From positions 23,622,001 through 23,686,000 of the forward strand of contig NC_073394.1 in NCBI RefSeq assembly GCF_028641065.1: 64,000 nucleotides of DNA, written 5' to 3'. A model generated the notes under the pieces. The model worked only from the letters and a program-made list of their open reading frames with translations. It made no database searches and was not told where the DNA came from. Of the stretch, positions 59,841 through 64,000 are shown one piece after another. How positions within the stretch are numbered: position 1 is the stretch's first letter; each line of letters opens with the position of its first letter. The position numbers were made by a program, and so were the translations under genes. This DNA comes from Leucoraja erinacea (taxonomy: Eukaryota).

Positions 59841-62800
59841 TGATGTTCCAAAACCCCTTCTAAACATTGAATGTCCATTGCAGGTAACAACCTCCCCACC
59901 ATCAAAGGGATCTCTAAGAGGCTTTGTGTGACAATATCCCTGTAATTTATGCATATGAGCTGTGCTCATTCTCGCACATGCTCAGTAAATCAGTCAGTGA
60001 CCTTTGACTTGGAAATAAATCTTTCCTGTTTCAGACTCCAACACAAGTGTGTGTGCAGCCATCTTTCTCTGTATATTATGTACTAGTTTACTTATTTTAC
60101 AAGTACACAGATATCAAAACATGGAGGCAGTGGTGAAAGTGCACATTTGTGAATCAAATAGACACTATGATGATTAGAAAAAATGCTTTGACAAGCTTTC
60201 AGGAATCAATGTTTCAATACTCAGCGACCGGACTAGCTACATGCATGAATGAATGCAGGTCAGTTAACACACAAAGATAAGATGCTGCGTGTAAATCAGT
60301 GCTGTGGGAGTCGAAGGTTAAAACGATGTGCTGTGAGAGACTGCTTAAAAATATAATAAGCTAGTAAGAGCGAGGGAATTTGCTGTTATTTCAAAATGGC
60401 GCAGACCAGTCCATCTTTCCATGTGGTTCCACCACCCAATCTAAAGCTCAAAGAGAACAGGGTGGAATAGTGGAAAATGTTTAAACAAATGTATGAAAAT
60501 TATGCAGTGATAACAGAACTGGAAAAGAAGGAGAAACAGTATCAAAAAGCAGTATTCCTGCACACTGTTGTATCGGAGGGCGTGCAAATCTTCAATACCC
60601 TGACGTTCGAGACGGTAACAGATGAGTCAGATGTGAAAGTCATCATCGACAAGATGTCTACCATCATCATAGGAGAGACGAATGAAACCTATGAAAGATT
60701 TGTTTTCAATAAACGAGACCAGAAGTCAGGGGAAAGCATTGAATCGTATGTTGCAGAGCTGAAGGAGCTTGCTAAAACATCAACTTCTGTGAGTGCCTGA
60801 GAGAAAGCCTCATTCGCGATCGCATCGTCATTGGTATTGCAGACCGGTCAACTAGGAAGACACTCCTTCAGAAGAGGAATCTGACACTGCAGGGAACTGT
60901 GGACATTTGTAGATCCTCGGTGGTAACAACGGTAAGAATGCAGGTCATCGTCGAAGAGCCGACAATACACAAGGTGGAACAATTCACACCGAGGTAAAAT
61001 ATCGTTGATTTCCCTTCACATAGGAAGAATCAGGCACTAGTCAAGTGCAAGATCTGTGCAAGGATGCATAAGCGTAGGAAGGAGGAATGCCCAGCGTATG
61101 GGAAGGAACTGCAGCAGATGCGGACGACAAAACCACTTTGCCTGCTGCTGCAAGCAGAGGAAGGAGAGCATGCAGAACCGGAGTGGTTTTGTCGTCCGCA
61201 TCTGTTGAACAAGATGAACACTCAAAGAGTACCGGGTTCACTTCATAGTGGTAAAGGAAGGCTGGTTCACACCGCTCCTGAGTGGCAAAGCTGCACAACA
61301 GATGAAACTCATCACGGTTCACTACGAGAACTTCAAGAGCCTCAATGCTGTTAGCGAGGCTGGATCATTACTCAAGAGATATAAAGACTGGGAGACTGCC
61401 TGGCAAGGTCAAGTTGGCAACTAGGTCAGACGATATGACCCCATCACAGTGTTCTGTAAAGCCAGTACCTGAGGATGTACAGGACGATGTACTTCCAGAG
61501 CAATCCAAGGCGAAGATTTTCTCCAAATTAGATCTGAAGTCAGGATATCTCCACTGCGAACTAGATGAGGGGAGCAGTTTCCTAACAACCATGAACACCC
61601 CTTTTGGGATATATCGCTGGAAGAGATTGCCATTTGGACTGAAAGTAAGTGCTGAGATCTTCCAGAAGAAGCTGCAACAAGCCGTAGAAGGATTAAAGGG
61701 AGTGGAATGTGTGCAGATGACCATCCTATTCGGCGTAGGGGACACCAGAGAAGATGCAGAAAGAAATCACGATGCATGACTGCAAGATCTTCTTCTGCGA
61801 TGCAGAGACAGGGGCATCAAGCTGAACCGGAAAAAGTCGGTAGTGAAAACTACCTGTATCACATTTCTAGGACATATAATTACAGATTGTGGCCTGAAAA
61901 CAGATCCGAAGAAGATCTAAGCTATCATGAAGATGCCCAACCCTACCAATCCAACAGATATCCAGAGATTACAAGCAGTGTAAACTACTTGGCAAGATTC
62001 CTGCCAAGTTTGTCGAACGCATTCGAGCCTTTGAGGAGATTGACCCACAAAGAAGCAGAGTGGGAATGGTCATCAGAACATGACATGACAATGTCAAAGA
62101 TCCTGATGACAACGGCACCTATCCTGGCACACTACACACCAGACGAACAGCTGACAATACAATGTGATGCACGTAAGGCAGGTCAAGGTGCAACACTTAT
62201 GCAGAAAGGACAACCACTGTCCTATGTGAGTCAAGCATTGATGCCAACCAAGCAGAGATATGCTCAGATTGAGATGGAGGCACTAGCAATAGTGTTTGCC
62301 CTTGAGCGCTTCCATCAGTACACCTACAGACAGGGAGTGATCATGGAGAGTGACCACAAGCCATTGGAAGTCATGTCGCCAGGGCATGATGATGAGGATG
62401 CTACACTACGACATCAAGATCAAGTGGGTAAAGGGAAAAGACATGCATTTAGCAGATATGATCTCCCAAGCATACCTCCCTGACACCACAGGATCAATTA
62501 GATTCACTGATATCAACGTAGTTGAGTCCTTGAACAGAGGGGAGGACAAGGTCAAACACATCCAAGCCCATACCAAGGATGTCAAAACACCACAAACAGT
62601 TAAGAGAGTAATTCAAAATGGATGGCTAGATCACAAGGCAGAAGTTCCAGAGGCAGCACAACTGTACAACGTCAGAGATGAGTTGAGTGTGCAAGATGGC
62701 CTAGTAGTCAGAGGAGAGAGAGTTGTAATCCCTGTCACTCTACGAAGAGTTATGAAGGAGATACTCCACACCTCTCACCTGGGAGTGGAAGGAACCCTCA

Positions 62801-63700
62801 GTCGTGCTAGAGAATGCATTTTCTGGCCCGGAATGAACTCTGATGTGAAACATTTCATTTCAAACTGTGAAGCCTGCAGGACGTACAAACAACAGAATCA
62901 GAAAGAAACTCTGATGCCCCAAGACCTCCCAGATTGACCATGGGAGAAAGTGGGAACCGATATGTTTGAACTGAAGGGAAAGCACTATTTAATCACAGTG
63001 GACTATCTATCCAATTTCTGGGAGATAGACAGACTGTACGACCTGAACAGCAGGACAATCATTGTGAAACTCAAGAGCCATTTGGCAAGATACGGAATTC
63101 CCAGCACTGTGGTAAGCGACATCGGGACACAGTTCTCATCAGAGGAGTTTGCCAAATTTGCCAGGAAATGGAAATTTGACCACTACACAATTTCTCCAAG
63201 ACATACCCAAGCTAATGGAAAGTTGGAATCGGCAGCCAAGGCAGCAAAGCGAGTGCTGAAGAAAACTAATCTCTCCAAGACAGACTTTTACTTGGCAATA
63301 CTGGAATTACGCAATACCCCATGCGCAAGGAGTGAACAGTGGTCCTGCACAAAGACTACATGGAAGGAGAACAAGGACGACACTTCCAACAACATCTAAC
63401 CTCCTCAAACCACGTGGTGCTGAGATACTCACAGAAGAGAGGAAAAAGATGAAGGATTTGCAAGGAAAACAGTCAAAAATCTACAACTGAGCAACAGTTC
63501 AGAGACGACTGGATGAGAGATCATACGAAGTCGAGACAAGAGTCAGGACTTCTAATCTGACGTAACTGAGTGAATCTGAAGCAGACCGGAGAACTACCTC
63601 CACACATAACTCCAGAGAAACCACCAGACGTGGAGAAGGCGCTCTCGCCCCCATGAGTCTCGGGCGGATGGGGCTTGTTAGCCTGAGAATGTGGTCCATC
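59841..63700 (+). mobile_element. Decayed Ty3/Gypsy LTR retrotransposon (probable 5' LTR 59841-60121, PBS, gag, RT-RNase H-integrase)
   Basis: TG...CA LTR candidate with AATAAA, followed by TGGAGGCAGTGG. Gag ETYERFVFNKRDQKSGESIESY; RT FSKLDLKSGY...RLPFGL; RNase H QCDA...YAQIEMEALAI; integrase HTSHLG...FWPGM...CEAC and SDIGTQF...NGKLES. Many stops and frameshifts. Confidence 0.92.
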
Positions 63701-64000
63701 TAGGAGAGGGAAAACTCTGATTTAAAACCTCAACTGCCTTGTGGCCATATCCAGTCATGAAAAAGGTCCTGGAGTAAACCTCAAGAAAATCCGGAGTCGG
63801 AGCCCCTAAGGTAGTTCGTCGTTGTCTACAACCTCGCAGCTCCTGCGACGGCGCTGGTGCCAAACTGTAATGGCCCTACTGTTCCTTTGGATCGGGCAGA
63901 CATGGAGCGAGGGGACATGCTGCATGGGCAACAGCCTGTCCTCCATATGACATCGCTCAGGCTTGCATCCGACCACACATCACCTGCAAACTAGGATGCA

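Overview
Vertebrate genomic DNA, most likely a cartilaginous fish (skate/ray-like; inferred from the CR1, Penelope, V-SINE and Rex repeat content), with one 168-nt assembly gap. Four multi-exon host genes were reconstructed by hand from splice signals. All are on the minus strand, head-to-tail: ARMC7 (194 aa) -> TMEM138 (162 aa) -> TMEM216 (144 aa) -> TMEM80 (144 aa). The ORF track misses most of these exons. TMEM216 and TMEM80 share exon sizes 17/94/93/202. Each has a 17-nt micro-exon followed by a U12-type (minor spliceosome) GT-AG intron, and upstream ARMC7 encodes a minor-spliceosome protein. RFX X-box-like motifs sit at the 5' ends of the three ciliary TMEM genes. A family of ultra-short (12-38 bp) palindromic CAAAGAT...TCTTTG insertions with 8-bp target-site duplications occurs only at the CpG-rich 5' ends of ARMC7, TMEM138 and TMEM216. 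The rest is mostly decayed mobile DNA: a class I-like ERV pol, a Gypsy LTR element, CR1, L2, Rex1, Nimb/I-like LINEs, Penelope fragments with hammerhead-like motifs, V-SINEs, Tc1, hAT and Harbinger-like MITEs, and a probable Helitron. Repeat boundaries are approximate; protein identities come from recalled homologs, not a database search.
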